Assembly: GCA_035308445.1 (NCBI GenBank)
Contig: DATGGQ010000039.1
Span: 16,875 to 80,874, forward strand
Length of the DNA: 64,000 bases
DNA from: Candidatus Limnocylindrales bacterium
Lineage (GTDB): Bacteria; Chloroflexota; Limnocylindria; Limnocylindrales; CSP1-4
Direction of reading: 5' to 3'
Shown: positions 46,699-56,164 of the stretch, piece by piece
Position numbering within the stretch: the stretch's first letter is position 1
Layout of the letters: each line of letters starts with the position of its first letter
The notes under the pieces: generated by a model
Databases searched by the model: none
What the model was told of the DNA's origin: nothing
The model's input: only the letters and a program-made list of their open reading frames with translations
Program-made: the position numbers and the translations under genes

Positions 46699-47382
46699 AT
46701 GCCAGCCAACTCCCTGCCTCGGCCCGAGGCCGTGCTCTTCGACCTCGACGGGACCCTCGTCGACACCGTCGAGTTCCGGATCGAGGCGTGGGCGCGTGTC
46801 TTCGCCGAGTGGGGCATTCCCGTGGATCGGGGGCGTCTGGCGACGCTGATCGGCATCGACGGCCGCCGCCTCGTCCGCGAAGTCGGAGCGATGGCCGGCG
46901 TGGACGTCGGCGCCGAGCGGACCGAGGCCATCGACAAGCGCTGTGGCGAGATCTACGAGGCCCTTAACACCGATCCGAAGCCGCTGCCGGGCGTGCGTGA
47001 GCTCGTCGAGTCGCTCGAGCACGCCCGGCTGCCGTGGGCGATCGCGACCTCGAGCCGGCGCGAGCAGGTCGGGACCTCGGTGGAGGCCCTGGGCCTGACG
47101 AGGGAGCCGACCATCGTTGACGGCAGCCATGTCGAGCACGCGAAGCCCGAGCCGGACCTCCTGCTGCTCGGAGCGAAGGCCCTGCAAGTCGATGCGACTC
47201 GGTGCTGGTACGTCGGTGACTCGACCTGGGACATGGCCGCGGCGATCGCGGCTGGAATGATCCCGATCGGCGTCACGGCCGGCTCCGCGGTCTCGGCCGC
47301 TGTCCTGACCGGCGCCGGCGCCGCGCTCGTCGTCGAAACGCTCGATGCGATCGTTGAGCAACTGCCCGACGTCGCTGGCTGA
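46699..47382 (+). CDS. HAD-superfamily hydrolase (phosphoglycolate phosphatase / beta-phosphoglucomutase-like)
   Basis: ORF 45904..47382 trimmed to ATG 46699. Motif I is FDLDGTLVDT; also ATSS, K, and GDSTWD. Confidence 0.85.
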   Translation: MPANSLPRPEAVLFDLDGTLVDTVEFRIEAWARVFAEWGIPVDRGRLATLIGIDGRRLVREVGAMAGVDVGAERTEAIDKRCGEIYEALNTDPKPLPGVRELVESLEHARLPWAIATSSRREQVGTSVEALGLTREPTIVDGSHVEHAKPEPDLLLLGAKALQVDATRCWYVGDSTWDMAAAIAAGMIPIGVTAGSAVSAAVLTGAGAALVVETLDAIVEQLPDVAG

Positions 47383-47507
47383 TTGACCCGGCCGACCGCC
47401 CTACCCGGTCTAACTACTTCCGATAAGGTAAGTTATGTCTGTCCCAGGTGTCGGCTGCGATGCGCCGGCCCCACGGCAACGCGCGCCGGTGGTCAGTTGA
47501 CAGAGAG

Positions 47508-47960
47508 TCAAGATCGCGCTGTGCGACTCGCACTGGCGAATGGCTTGGCGGCGGCCTGCTGCATCCAAGAGACGATCCGGGGTTCGTCGAGCTCATCCAC
47601 GGATGACAGCTCGACCCCTCGTGTCTGCCAGCCCATGCCGATCGGCGTCACCGGCGGCTCCGGCTCGAGCTCCGTGCCGCGGATGAACATCAGCTTGACG
47701 TGGCCGACGAACGCGCCCGACGTGAAGCACCAGCCTCCGTCCACCCCGTAGTAGGCCATCCCCCACTTCACTGCCCGCCGCAGGCCCGGCACGGTCGCCG
47801 CGGCAAGGGCATCGATCCGCTCAGCGATGGCGCGATGGGACTGGGGCAGGCTCGCGATGTAGGCGAGCACGGGCGCGTCGCCGACTGCAGCATTCGTGTC
47901 ACTGGCCCTGCCGGTCATGGCCGGGCGGAGCTTCGCGGCCTTCGCGCCATCCGAGGTCAT
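47508..47960 (-). CDS. DUF1801 (YdhG-like) domain protein
   Basis: ORF 47508..47960. The KWGMAYYGVDGGWCFTSGAFVGHVKLMF pattern is typical of DUF1801. GCGAGG lies 6 nt upstream. Confidence 0.75.
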   Translation of the reverse strand: MTSDGAKAAKLRPAMTGRASDTNAAVGDAPVLAYIASLPQSHRAIAERIDALAAATVPGLRRAVKWGMAYYGVDGGWCFTSGAFVGHVKLMFIRGTELEPEPPVTPIGMGWQTRGVELSSVDELDEPRIVSWMQQAAAKPFASASRTARS

Positions 47961-48071
47961 CCCGGACCTCGCCCGCGACGACGCAGGCAGCCCCTATGCT
48001 CGGCTCGCGTGCGCATGGACAACCCTCCTCGGTCAGCTCCTGACGGAGGGTACGGCGCGACGGGCAGGGAG

Positions 48072-48947
48072 ATGACGATGCGCGTCGCCGCCGATCCGCT
48101 CACCCAGTACCTGACGACGGCCGACGGCCGGACGCTCTGCTACGCGGACTGGGGCGCCGCGCCCGGGGGCGCACCCGATGGCTATCCGGTCCTCAGCCTG
48201 CACGGCAGCGCCGGCTGCCGGCTCGGCGTGCGATCGCCGGAGCAGGTCGGGGCGCTCGGCGCGAGGCTGATCACCTACGACCGGCCGGGCTACGGCCGCT
48301 CGCATCGGCGCGGGCCGGGGACCGCGGTCGTCGATCACGTGGTGGACGTCGAGGCCGTCGCCGACGCGCTCGGCATCGACGAGTTCGCGATCACGGGCGG
48401 CTCGGGTGGCGGCCCGCACGCGCTGGCCGTGGCGGCGCGCCTTCCCGGACGCGTCTCGCGGCTCTCCAACTTCGCGGCGCTGGCGCCGTTCGACCTCATG
48501 GGCTTCGAGGCGTACACCCGCGACCAGGACGACTGGACGAAGGACTACCTCGCGAAGGTCCGCGAGAGCGAGGCCGTCTGCGAGGCCTTCTTCAAGGGCA
48601 TGGACGACGAGATGCGGGGCGAGCTTGCCGCCGACGACCCGATGCGCGAGGCCTCCCTCGAGCAGTGTCGCGACGGTGTGATGGGCTGGGTGGACGACGA
48701 GCGGGCCCTCCAGGCGCCATGGGGCTTCGATGTCGGCGACATCACCGCGCCGACGGTCGTCTACGCGAACCCGAACGATCCCACGACGCCGCCGAACCAC
48801 GCCGAGTGGCTGGTCGCGCGCATCCCGGGCGCCGTCCTGGTGACATCGACGAACGCCAATGCCCACGTGGCGATCGACGATCCCGATCGCTGGCGGCAGG
48901 CGCTCTACTCGTGGCTGGTCCAGGGTGGCACCCCGGCCGTTCCCTGA
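48072..48947 (+). CDS. Alpha/beta-fold hydrolase
   Basis: ORF 47700..48947 trimmed to ATG 48072 (or 48078). HGSAGC; nucleophile elbow variant GGSGGG. Confidence 0.8.
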   Translation: MTMRVAADPLTQYLTTADGRTLCYADWGAAPGGAPDGYPVLSLHGSAGCRLGVRSPEQVGALGARLITYDRPGYGRSHRRGPGTAVVDHVVDVEAVADALGIDEFAITGGSGGGPHALAVAARLPGRVSRLSNFAALAPFDLMGFEAYTRDQDDWTKDYLAKVRESEAVCEAFFKGMDDEMRGELAADDPMREASLEQCRDGVMGWVDDERALQAPWGFDVGDITAPTVVYANPNDPTTPPNHAEWLVARIPGAVLVTSTNANAHVAIDDPDRWRQALYSWLVQGGTPAVP

Positions 48948-48961
48948 CGGCGCGTGGGGCA

Positions 48962-51900
48962 ATGGCTACGCTGCGCATCCATATGGTCTGCTCGAACTGC
49001 GGAGCCACCAATCCGGCAGCCTCGAAGTTCTGCTCCGAATGCGGCACGCCGCTGAGCCAGAACTGTGCGGCCTGCGGCTCCCCATTGGCGTCGGGCGCCC
49101 GGTTCTGCTCGAACTGCGGCACGCCGACGAGCGCCGCCACGGGCTCGGTCATCCCCCGGACGGCCCCCGCCACCCCTGCCCCGGCGAGCGGCAACGGCGC
49201 CGCGGTCGCCGAGCGACGCCTGGTATCGGTGCTGTTCGCCGACCTCGTCGGGTTCACCACCCTGGCGGAGGGCCGCGACGCCGAGGAGACGCGCGACCTC
49301 CTGTCCGGCTACTTCGAGCAGTCGCGGACGATCATCGAACGCTACGGTGGCACGGTCGAGAAGTTCATCGGCGATGCGGTCATGGCCGTCTGGGGCGCCC
49401 CGATCGCGCGCGAGAACGACGCCGAGCGGGCGGTCCGCGCCGCCCTCGACCTCGTGGGCACGATCCCCTCCCTCGGCCCCGGGCTCCAGGCGCGCGCGGG
49501 CGTCCTCACCGGCGAGGCGGCGGTGACGCTCGGCGCGACGAACCAGGGCATGGTCGCCGGGGATCTCGTCAACACGGCGAGCCGCCTCCAGTCGATCGCC
49601 CCGCCCGGGACGGTCCTCGTCGGCGAGAGCACCGAGCGATCGGCGAGCTCGGCGATCGTGTTCGAGCCGGTCGGCGACCAGGTGCTCAAGGGCAAGGAGG
49701 CACCGGTCCCGGCGTACCGGGCGCTGCGGGTCGTCGCCGAGCGTGGTGGGCGTGGCCGGTCGGACCGGATCGAGGCTCCGTTCGTGGGCCGCGACAACGA
49801 GTTCCGGCTCATCAAGGAGCTCGTCCACGCCACGGGCAAGGATCGCCGGGCTCGCCTGGTCTCGATCACCGGCGTCGCCGGGATCGGCAAGAGCCGCCTG
49901 GCCTGGGAGCTGAACAAGTACCTCGACGGGATCGCCGAACGGATCCTGTGGCACGCCGGCCGCTCCCCGGCCTACGGCGAGGGCATCACGTTCTGGGCCC
50001 TGGGCGAGATGGTTCGAGGACGGGTCGGTCTGCTCGAGACCGACGACGAGCACACGACCCGCCGCAAGATCTCGGCCGCCGTGGCCCGCTGGGTCCCGGT
50101 CGAGTCGGAGCGATCGTGGATCGAGGGCGCGCTGCTGGCGCTGCTCGGCTTCGACACCGCCGCGACCCCCAGCCGCGAGGAGCTGTTCTCGGCCTGGCGG
50201 ACGTTCTTCGAGCGGATCGCCGACACCGGCACCGCCATCCTCGTGTTCGAGGACATCCACTGGGCGGATCCCGGTCTGCTCGACTTCATCGACCACATCC
50301 TCGAGTGGAGCCGGAGCGTCCCGATCCTCATCGTGACCCTGGCCCGGCCTGAGCTCTTGGAGCGCCGGCCGACGTGGGGTGCCGGGCGCCGGAACTTCGT
50401 CGCACTCGACCTCGAGCCGATCTCCGATGCCTCGATGCGCGAGCTCCTCGAGGGCCTCGTCACGGGGCTGCCCGAGCCCGTCGTCAAGGCGATCGTCGCC
50501 CGGGCCGACGGCATCCCGCTCTATGCGGTCGAGACCGTCCGGATGCTGGTGGCCGAGGGTCGCCTCGCGGAGGTCGACGGCCGCTACCGGCCCGTCGCCG
50601 AGATCGAGGCCCTGGCCGTCCCGGAGACCCTCCAGGAGCTGATCGCAGCGCGTCTCGACTCGCTCGAGACCGCCGATCGAACCGTCCTGCAGGATGCGGC
50701 GGTCCTCGGCCAGAGCTTCACCGTGGGCGCCTTGGCCGCGGTCTCGGGGCTCGATGCCGCGGCCGTCGAGGGGCGCCTGCGCACGCTCGTCCGCCGGGAG
50801 CTGGTGGTCCTCGACACCGATCCGCGCTCCCCGGAGCACGGCCAGTACGCGTTCGTCCAGGCGCTCATCCGCGAGGTCGCCTACGGCACGCTCTCGAAGC
50901 GCGACCGTCGGTCGCGGCACCTGGCCGCGGCCCGCTACTTCGAATCGCTCGGCGAGGAGGAGATCGCGGGCGCGCTGGCCGCGCACTACCTCGCCGCGTA
51001 CCGGACCTCGTGCGGCGACGATGAGGCCCAGGCGCTCGCGGCCCAGGCCCGGATCGCCCTGAAGGCGGCCGCCGCCCGAGCCGCCTCGCTCGGCAGCTAC
51101 GAGCAGGCCGCCTCGTACCTCGTCGAGGCGATCGAGGTCACCTCGGATCATGCCGAAGCCGCCGACCTCCTGGAGCGGGCCGGAGCGGCCTTCGGCCAGG
51201 CGGCCGAGATCGATGCCGCCGAGACGCACCTCCGGCGGGCCATCGCCCAGCGTCGCGAATCGGGCGACAACCTGGGCGCCGCCCGGGCGATCGGCATCCT
51301 CGGCCAGGCCCTCGGCAACGGCTACCGGCGACGCGAGGCAATCGAGCTCCTGCGGCCCGCCGTCGAGGAGTTCGCCGGCCTCGGCGACGACCCCGCGCTC
51401 GCGTTCCTCGAGCACGAGCTGGCCCGGTCGCAGTGGCTGCTCGGCGACGGCGAGGGCGCCATCTGGCTCGCCGACCGGGCGCTCGCCCGGGCCGAGCGCA
51501 TCGACGCCGTCGCCCAGATCGCGGACACGATGGTCTCGAAGGGCTCGATCATCGCCGAGGGCGGTCGCTACCACGAAGGGTTCGCGCTGCTCGAGGCCGG
51601 CAACCGGCTGGCCGAGGAGCTCGGGCTCGCGAACACGCAGGCGCGCGCGCTCCTGAACATCGGCGCGTCGAGCTTCGGTCGCGATCCGGTGCTGGCCCTG
51701 GACTATGCCCGGCGTGCCCTCAGCCTGGCCCGTCGACTCGGCCTGCGGGCCCAGCTCGACGTGGCGGCGGGCAACGCCCTCGAGGCCGCGGCCCGGGTCG
51801 GCGAGTGGGACTGGGTCGAGATCGAGGGTCGGCAGATCCTGGACCAGGAGGTCGCGGAGGCCCAGCGCCAGTCCGTCCTGCGTGGCATCGAGGAGGTGCG

Positions 51901-52540
51901 GGCGTTCCGCGGCGAGCCTGTCGACGACCTGCTCGACGAGCATCGACGGCTCGTTGAGGGCGGCGAGAACACGGCGGTCTCGAACTATCACGGTGCGCTG
52001 GCGCCGGCCCGCCTCGCGGAAGGGCGGTTCGCCGACGCCGCAGCCGACTGGGTCAGGTCCGCCGAGCTGAACGCGACGAACGAGGCGACCGACCTGCCGA
52101 AGGCCGCCCGCGCCTGGCTCTGGGCGGGCAACCGGGCCGAGATGGAGCGTGTCGCCCGGCAGTTCGTGGACCTTCGGGCCCACGGCCCGGCCTCGGCGGC
52201 TTCCGTCACGACGATGCGCGCGGCCACCGCGGGCCTGGACGGCAGGCGCGACGAGTCGCTGGCGCTGTACGCGGACGCGCTCGCGAAGTGGTCGGCGGCC
52301 GGCCTGCCCATCGATCGGGCAATGGCGGCGATCGACATGATCTTCGTGCTCGGTCCCGATGAGGCGGCCGCCCGAACGGCGGCCGAGGAGGCCCGGGCGA
52401 CGTTCGAGGAGCTGCGGGCCGAGAAGCTGATCGCGATCCTCGACCGGGCGCTGGCCGGTGGATCCGTCGGCCCGACCGAGGCGCCTCGCGGCGCGGGCGC
52501 TCCGGCGAGGGCAGCCGGCTCGGAGCCTAGGACAGCCTAG
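48962..52540 (+). CDS. Multidomain signalling protein: double zinc ribbon, class III adenylate/guanylate cyclase, AAA/STAND ATPase, and TPR-like repeats
   Basis: ORF 48665..52540 trimmed to ATG 48962. Four CxxC pairs (CSNCG...CSECG...CAACG...CSNCG). Cyclase core LVSVLFADLVGFT...KFIGDAVMAVWG. Walker A GVAGIGKSRL. Long helical-repeat C-terminus. Confidence 0.88.
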   Translation: MATLRIHMVCSNCGATNPAASKFCSECGTPLSQNCAACGSPLASGARFCSNCGTPTSAATGSVIPRTAPATPAPASGNGAAVAERRLVSVLFADLVGFTTLAEGRDAEETRDLLSGYFEQSRTIIERYGGTVEKFIGDAVMAVWGAPIARENDAERAVRAALDLVGTIPSLGPGLQARAGVLTGEAAVTLGATNQGMVAGDLVNTASRLQSIAPPGTVLVGESTERSASSAIVFEPVGDQVLKGKEAPVPAYRALRVVAERGGRGRSDRIEAPFVGRDNEFRLIKELVHATGKDRRARLVSITGVAGIGKSRLAWELNKYLDGIAERILWHAGRSPAYGEGITFWALGEMVRGRVGLLETDDEHTTRRKISAAVARWVPVESERSWIEGALLALLGFDTAATPSREELFSAWRTFFERIADTGTAILVFEDIHWADPGLLDFIDHILEWSRSVPILIVTLARPELLERRPTWGAGRRNFVALDLEPISDASMRELLEGLVTGLPEPVVKAIVARADGIPLYAVETVRMLVAEGRLAEVDGRYRPVAEIEALAVPETLQELIAARLDSLETADRTVLQDAAVLGQSFTVGALAAVSGLDAAAVEGRLRTLVRRELVVLDTDPRSPEHGQYAFVQALIREVAYGTLSKRDRRSRHLAAARYFESLGEEEIAGALAAHYLAAYRTSCGDDEAQALAAQARIALKAAAARAASLGSYEQAASYLVEAIEVTSDHAEAADLLERAGAAFGQAAEIDAAETHLRRAIAQRRESGDNLGAARAIGILGQALGNGYRRREAIELLRPAVEEFAGLGDDPALAFLEHELARSQWLLGDGEGAIWLADRALARAERIDAVAQIADTMVSKGSIIAEGGRYHEGFALLEAGNRLAEELGLANTQARALLNIGASSFGRDPVLALDYARRALSLARRLGLRAQLDVAAGNALEAAARVGEWDWVEIEGRQILDQEVAEAQRQSVLRGIEEVRAFRGEPVDDLLDEHRRLVEGGENTAVSNYHGALAPARLAEGRFADAAADWVRSAELNATNEATDLPKAARAWLWAGNRAEMERVARQFVDLRAHGPASAASVTTMRAATAGLDGRRDESLALYADALAKWSAAGLPIDRAMAAIDMIFVLGPDEAAARTAAEEARATFEELRAEKLIAILDRALAGGSVGPTEAPRGAGAPARAAGSEPRTA

Positions 52541-52569
52541 GAAGCCGCTCGTCGCTCCGGCGATCGACG

Positions 52570-53337
52570 TCAGGCGTCGACCGTCAGCGTCATCGTCCAG
52601 GGTCGGCCGCGACGCTCCGGCTCCTCGAGCCGCACCGGCCAGCGATCGGCGAGCGCGTCGGCGAGCGCCTCTGGATCCTCCGGCTCGACGGCCGACTCGA
52701 GGAGGTGGTGCGCCGCCTCGCCACGGACCCGCTTCGCGATGACGTCGCCGACCTGGTGGTTCGGCCCCTGATCGATCTTCAGGGCCACCGTCCGATCCTC
52801 GAGGCCCTTCGGCAGGCCCATCGCCTGGTAGTAGATCGAGCGCAGGTCGACGACGAGGCGATCCCCGGCGACGGCCGCGAGGACGTCGGGCAGGACCGCC
52901 CGCCAGGTGGCGTCGATCCGGTCGATCCCGATCGGGCGAGCGTTCACGTGAAGGCGATACGGCGGCACGTGGTCGCTCGGCCGGAGGAGGCCCCAGAGGG
53001 CCGAGCTGACGACGAGGCCGTCGCGGAGCCGCGCTTTCGCAGGCAGGGAGAGCCGAGCCGCGTCGAGACCAGCGTGGAGCGGGCCGGTGTACAGGTCGAG
53101 CACCGGGATCGTGGGCAGCTCGGTCAGCCACGTGTTCCGGGCGATCTCCGGGGCGTGGCTCGGACGAAGGCCCAGGCGCCGGAACGCGTCGGGGCGCGCA
53201 CTGGTCGTCACGAGCGCCTCGATCAGCAGCGCGCGGGTCGACGTCAGCTCCGGGAAGGACAGCCCGGCCAGGTCAAGGGCCGGACCCGACTCCGGGGCTG
53301 GGCGCTTCGACTCCGACGGCGGGACGATGATCAGCAC
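52570..53337 (-). CDS. yaaA: YaaA-family peroxide stress protein (UPF0246/DUF328)
   Basis: ORF 52570..53337 (GTG; LIIVPPSESK...YTGPLH...PPYRL motifs). Confidence 0.85.
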   Translation of the reverse strand: MLIIVPPSESKRPAPESGPALDLAGLSFPELTSTRALLIEALVTTSARPDAFRRLGLRPSHAPEIARNTWLTELPTIPVLDLYTGPLHAGLDAARLSLPAKARLRDGLVVSSALWGLLRPSDHVPPYRLHVNARPIGIDRIDATWRAVLPDVLAAVAGDRLVVDLRSIYYQAMGLPKGLEDRTVALKIDQGPNHQVGDVIAKRVRGEAAHHLLESAVEPEDPEALADALADRWPVRLEEPERRGRPWTMTLTVDA

Positions 53338-53365
53338 CGAGCCATTCTGGGGTCCCGGGCCGGGC

Positions 53366-53743
53366 TCAGGTCGGCGCCGTCGCGTCCTCGCGCTCGCCGG
53401 CCTCGGCGGGCCAGGATTCCGCCTCGCGCTCCGCCTCGCGCTCGGTTCGGCTCAGGTGGCTGACCTCGACGATCCGGGGGCCGCCCTCGCGGTCCTTCCA
53501 CCGTGTCTGGATCCTGACCTCGTCGGAGCCGCTCGCGAGCCGCAGGACGACGACGAACGCCGACGCGCCCCGGTCGATCGACTCGATCAGCGCCTCCGAC
53601 ACGGGCACCGGCAGCAGGCTGAGGACCTCGCCGACGTTCCGGCGCAGCTCGTCGCTGAAGGAGCCGATCGCCGCGTCGATGTTGCCGGCCACCAGGGCGT
53701 CGCCGAACGTCTCGGCGCGCTCGCGAACCGTTGGCTCGTCCAT
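53366..53743 (-). CDS. Hypothetical protein (NTF2/SnoaL-like size and pattern)
   Basis: ORF 53366..53743 with high GC3. No family is recognisable with certainty. Confidence 0.6.
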   Translation of the reverse strand: MDEPTVRERAETFGDALVAGNIDAAIGSFSDELRRNVGEVLSLLPVPVSEALIESIDRGASAFVVVLRLASGSDEVRIQTRWKDREGGPRIVEVSHLSRTEREAEREAESWPAEAGEREDATAPT

Positions 53744-53751
53744 CGGCTGGG

Positions 53752-53757
53752 ACCGTA
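53752..53757 (-). promoter_or_regulatory. -10-like TACGGT 8 nt before ATG 53743 (leaderless candidate)
   Basis: Minus strand reads ggcTACGGT-cccagccg-ATG with no SD. Confidence 0.35.
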
Positions 53758-53785
53758 GCCCGGCGGCATGACGCCGGCCTTGCAG

Positions 53786-54448
53786 CTAGCGGGCTCGGCG
53801 CCGCATCTCCGTGGCGACCGCCCGCTCCGTGGGCGAGCCGGCCTCGAGCCCCTCGATCGCGCCCTCGATGTCATCGTCGCTGCGGTTCTGGCCGAGCTTG
53901 CGCTTCGCCTCGAGGCGGGTGATGTGCAGCTCGAGCCCGACAATCGCCCGGGCCTGGGATCGGACGTAGTCGTCGGGCGCGTCCGAGAGCGCCCACGGGT
54001 GGCTGCGGTTTGCCTCGTGGCGCGCGACGAGCCGGCCGACGTGCGGGATCAGCCAGTCGGGATCGTGCCGGGTCGTGATCGTGCCGTGGGCCTGGACCGT
54101 GACGTAGTTCCACGTGGGGACGACCCGGCCCGTCCGGCGCTTCTCCGGATACCAGGCCGGAGAGACGTAGGCGTCGGGGCCGTCGAAGATCGCGAGGGCC
54201 TCCCCTGCCCCATCGCCGCCGGCCGCGATCGCCGACTCGAGCTCGCGCCACTGCGGGTTGCCGCGGGCGAGATGCCCACGCAGCGTGCCATGCGGCCCAT
54301 CAACCGCATCGAACAGCATCGGCAGGATCGAGGCCCGGAAGCCCTCCGAGCCGAGGGTCACGAGGGTGGCCGGCACGACGGCGCAGAGCTCGGCGAGGAT
54401 CGCGGCGGGATCCCCGACCTCGAACTTCCGGTGGGCCGGCTGGTACAT
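53786..54448 (-). CDS. paiB: FMN-binding negative transcriptional regulator, PaiB family
   Basis: ORF 53786..54628 trimmed to ATG 54448 (MYQPAHRKFEV...). The pattern GHLARGNPQW...AYVSPAWYP...VPTWNY...KLGQN is typical of PaiB. Confidence 0.85.
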   Translation of the reverse strand: MYQPAHRKFEVGDPAAILAELCAVVPATLVTLGSEGFRASILPMLFDAVDGPHGTLRGHLARGNPQWRELESAIAAGGDGAGEALAIFDGPDAYVSPAWYPEKRRTGRVVPTWNYVTVQAHGTITTRHDPDWLIPHVGRLVARHEANRSHPWALSDAPDDYVRSQARAIVGLELHITRLEAKRKLGQNRSDDDIEGAIEGLEAGSPTERAVATEMRRRAR

Positions 54449-54455
54449 CGCCCGA

Positions 54456-54461
54456 ACCCTA
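54456..54461 (-). promoter_or_regulatory. -10-like TAGGGT 7 nt before the paiB ATG, overlapping the M28 peptidase stop codon
   Basis: Minus strand reads cggcTAGGGT-tcgggcg-ATG(54448) with no SD. Confidence 0.35.
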
Positions 54462-55499
54462 GCCGGCCAGCTGCTCGACCGCCAACGCCGCCGCGGCAAC
54501 GATGTCGGCGAGGGTCTCGTAGTCGAGCGTGGCCGGGAGGTCGGTGGGCTCGTGGTAGTTCGGGTTCCTGAACTCGCCCGTCGTCGAGACCATGACGGCC
54601 GGCAGGCGGGCCCGCCAGAAATCGACATGGTCGCTGCGCGAGAAGTTGCGGGTGGCCGGGATCGCCCGGGCGACCGGCCCGAGGACCGGCAGGTCGTGCG
54701 GGTCCCGGACCAGCAGGACGCGGTCTCGGCCGATCGTCGTTGCGAGGCAGCGAGCCCAGGTCCGGGCCAGCTCGGCGCCGCGAGCCTGGTAGAGGTTGAA
54801 CAGCGTGTCGCCGGCGAACCCGCGGGCTCGCAGCCGTCGGATCTGGCCCGGATAGAGCGCCCCGATCCCGCCGGGCAGGTGCTGCGCCCCGGGCGTCGGG
54901 TCGAAGTAGCCGATCGCGTCGAGGACGATCGCGCCGGTGACCCGGTAGCGCTCCCGGAGCCACGGCACGAGGTGGCGCGAGCCGATGAGCCCGATCTCCT
55001 CGAAGTCGGGCGTCGCGAGGATCACCGTGCGCCGGAATCGGCGGCCGGCGAGCAGCCGCGCCAGGACGAGGAGGGCGACGACGGCCGCGCCATTGTCGTC
55101 GGCCCCGGGCGAGCCGCGTACGGTGTCGTGATGGCCGACGAAGACGATCGCCTCCTTCGACTGGCCGGGCAGCTCGGCGATGAGGTTCACCCCGCTGAGC
55201 GCCGGGTAGACGAGGTGCTGCAGGCGGGTCCCGTGCTCCTTGTAGTCGAGGTTGCCGGGCTCGTTCGTGAGGTCCAGCGGCTGGCGCTGCACTCGCCAGC
55301 CCGCGGCCTGCCACTCGGCGGCGATCAGCTCATCGGTGGCGGCCATCGCCGCCGGCGCATGCAGCCGGCTCCGTGGCGCCGGCAGGGATTCGACGAGATG
55401 CCGGAGGTCCGCCGGATCGACGCGAGCTCGCCACTGGCGGGCCGCCTCGAGCAGCACGGCATCCGGGTCGGCGAAGCGCGGCTCAGCTGTCCAGGCCAT
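54459..55499 (-). CDS. M28-family zinc metallopeptidase
   Basis: ORF 54459..56198 trimmed to ATG 55499 (MAWTAEPRF). Metal ligands are in GHHDTV, GADDNGAAV, FEEIGLIGS and the HVDF region. Confidence 0.85.
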   Translation of the reverse strand: MAWTAEPRFADPDAVLLEAARQWRARVDPADLRHLVESLPAPRSRLHAPAAMAATDELIAAEWQAAGWRVQRQPLDLTNEPGNLDYKEHGTRLQHLVYPALSGVNLIAELPGQSKEAIVFVGHHDTVRGSPGADDNGAAVVALLVLARLLAGRRFRRTVILATPDFEEIGLIGSRHLVPWLRERYRVTGAIVLDAIGYFDPTPGAQHLPGGIGALYPGQIRRLRARGFAGDTLFNLYQARGAELARTWARCLATTIGRDRVLLVRDPHDLPVLGPVARAIPATRNFSRSDHVDFWRARLPAVMVSTTGEFRNPNYHEPTDLPATLDYETLADIVAAAALAVEQLAG

Positions 55500-55506
55500 C
55501 ACCTGC

Positions 55507-55512
55507 ACGCTA
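55507..55512 (-). promoter_or_regulatory. -10-like TAGCGT 7 nt before the M28 peptidase ATG (leaderless candidate)
   Basis: Minus strand reads gtgTAGCGT-gcaggtg-ATG(55499) with no SD. Confidence 0.35.
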
Positions 55513-55532
55513 CACGGCCCCACACTCCGCCG

Positions 55533-56075
55533 GTGAAGATCCGCGCGCTCACCACCGCTGAGCTGTCGCCCGCCGACGTCGGGGCGATCCGCGACCTGCT
55601 CACCGCGGCCTTCGCCGAGGACGAGCACGGCGGCTTCACGGAGGACGACTGGCAGCGTTCGATCGGTGGGACCCACTTCCTCCTCGAGGACGCCGGCCGG
55701 CTCGTCGGGCACGCCTCCGTGGTCGAACGTGACCTTTACGTGGACGGCCATCCGATCCGGACCGGCTATGTCGAGGCGGTCGCGATCGAGCCGTCGAGGC
55801 AGCGGCAGGGCCTCGGTTCGCGGCTCATGGACGCCGTCAACGCCCACGTCGACGCCGGGTTCGATCTCGGCGGGCTCGGAACCGGCAGCCAGCCGTTCTA
55901 CGAGCGCCTCGGCTGGCAGATCTGGCAGGGCCCGACATCCGTCCGCACGGCCACAGGGACGGTCCCGTCGTCCGAGGAGGACGGCTACATCCTCGTCCGC
56001 CGGACGCCCTCCTCCCCTCCCCTGCGGCTCACCGACCCCATCAGCTGCGAGTGGCGACCCGGCGACGCCTGGTGA
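55533..56075 (+). CDS. GNAT acetyltransferase, aminoglycoside 2'-N-acetyltransferase AAC(2')-I-like
   Basis: ORF 54258..56075 trimmed to GTG 55533. TEDDWQRSIGGTHFLL, GYVEAVAIEPSRQRQGLGSRLMDAV, and the C-terminal CEWRPGDAW parallel M. tuberculosis AAC(2')-Ic (TETDWEHTLGGMHAL...CDWRAGDVW, recalled from memory). Confidence 0.85.
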   Translation: MKIRALTTAELSPADVGAIRDLLTAAFAEDEHGGFTEDDWQRSIGGTHFLLEDAGRLVGHASVVERDLYVDGHPIRTGYVEAVAIEPSRQRQGLGSRLMDAVNAHVDAGFDLGGLGTGSQPFYERLGWQIWQGPTSVRTATGTVPSSEEDGYILVRRTPSSPPLRLTDPISCEWRPGDAW

Positions 56076-56164
56076 TCCGGGCGGTATCGTCACATCCAGC
56101 CGCCCGCGGGTCGTCCGGGCTGCACGCGCCCACCGGATCGATCGCAGCGGAGACCCACCTGATC

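Noticed and set aside
48905-53131. 1408-aa minus-strand ORF and other large shadow ORFs (for example 647..2185, 24217..25941, 27635..29356, 30791..32497, 34244..36004, 38545..40278)
   Set aside because: All are antisense or out of frame relative to genes with clear family motifs (cyclase-STAND, oxidoreductase, EF-G, ruvB, recA, rny, miaB). They have no recognisable domains and a biased Arg/Gly/Pro/Asp composition.
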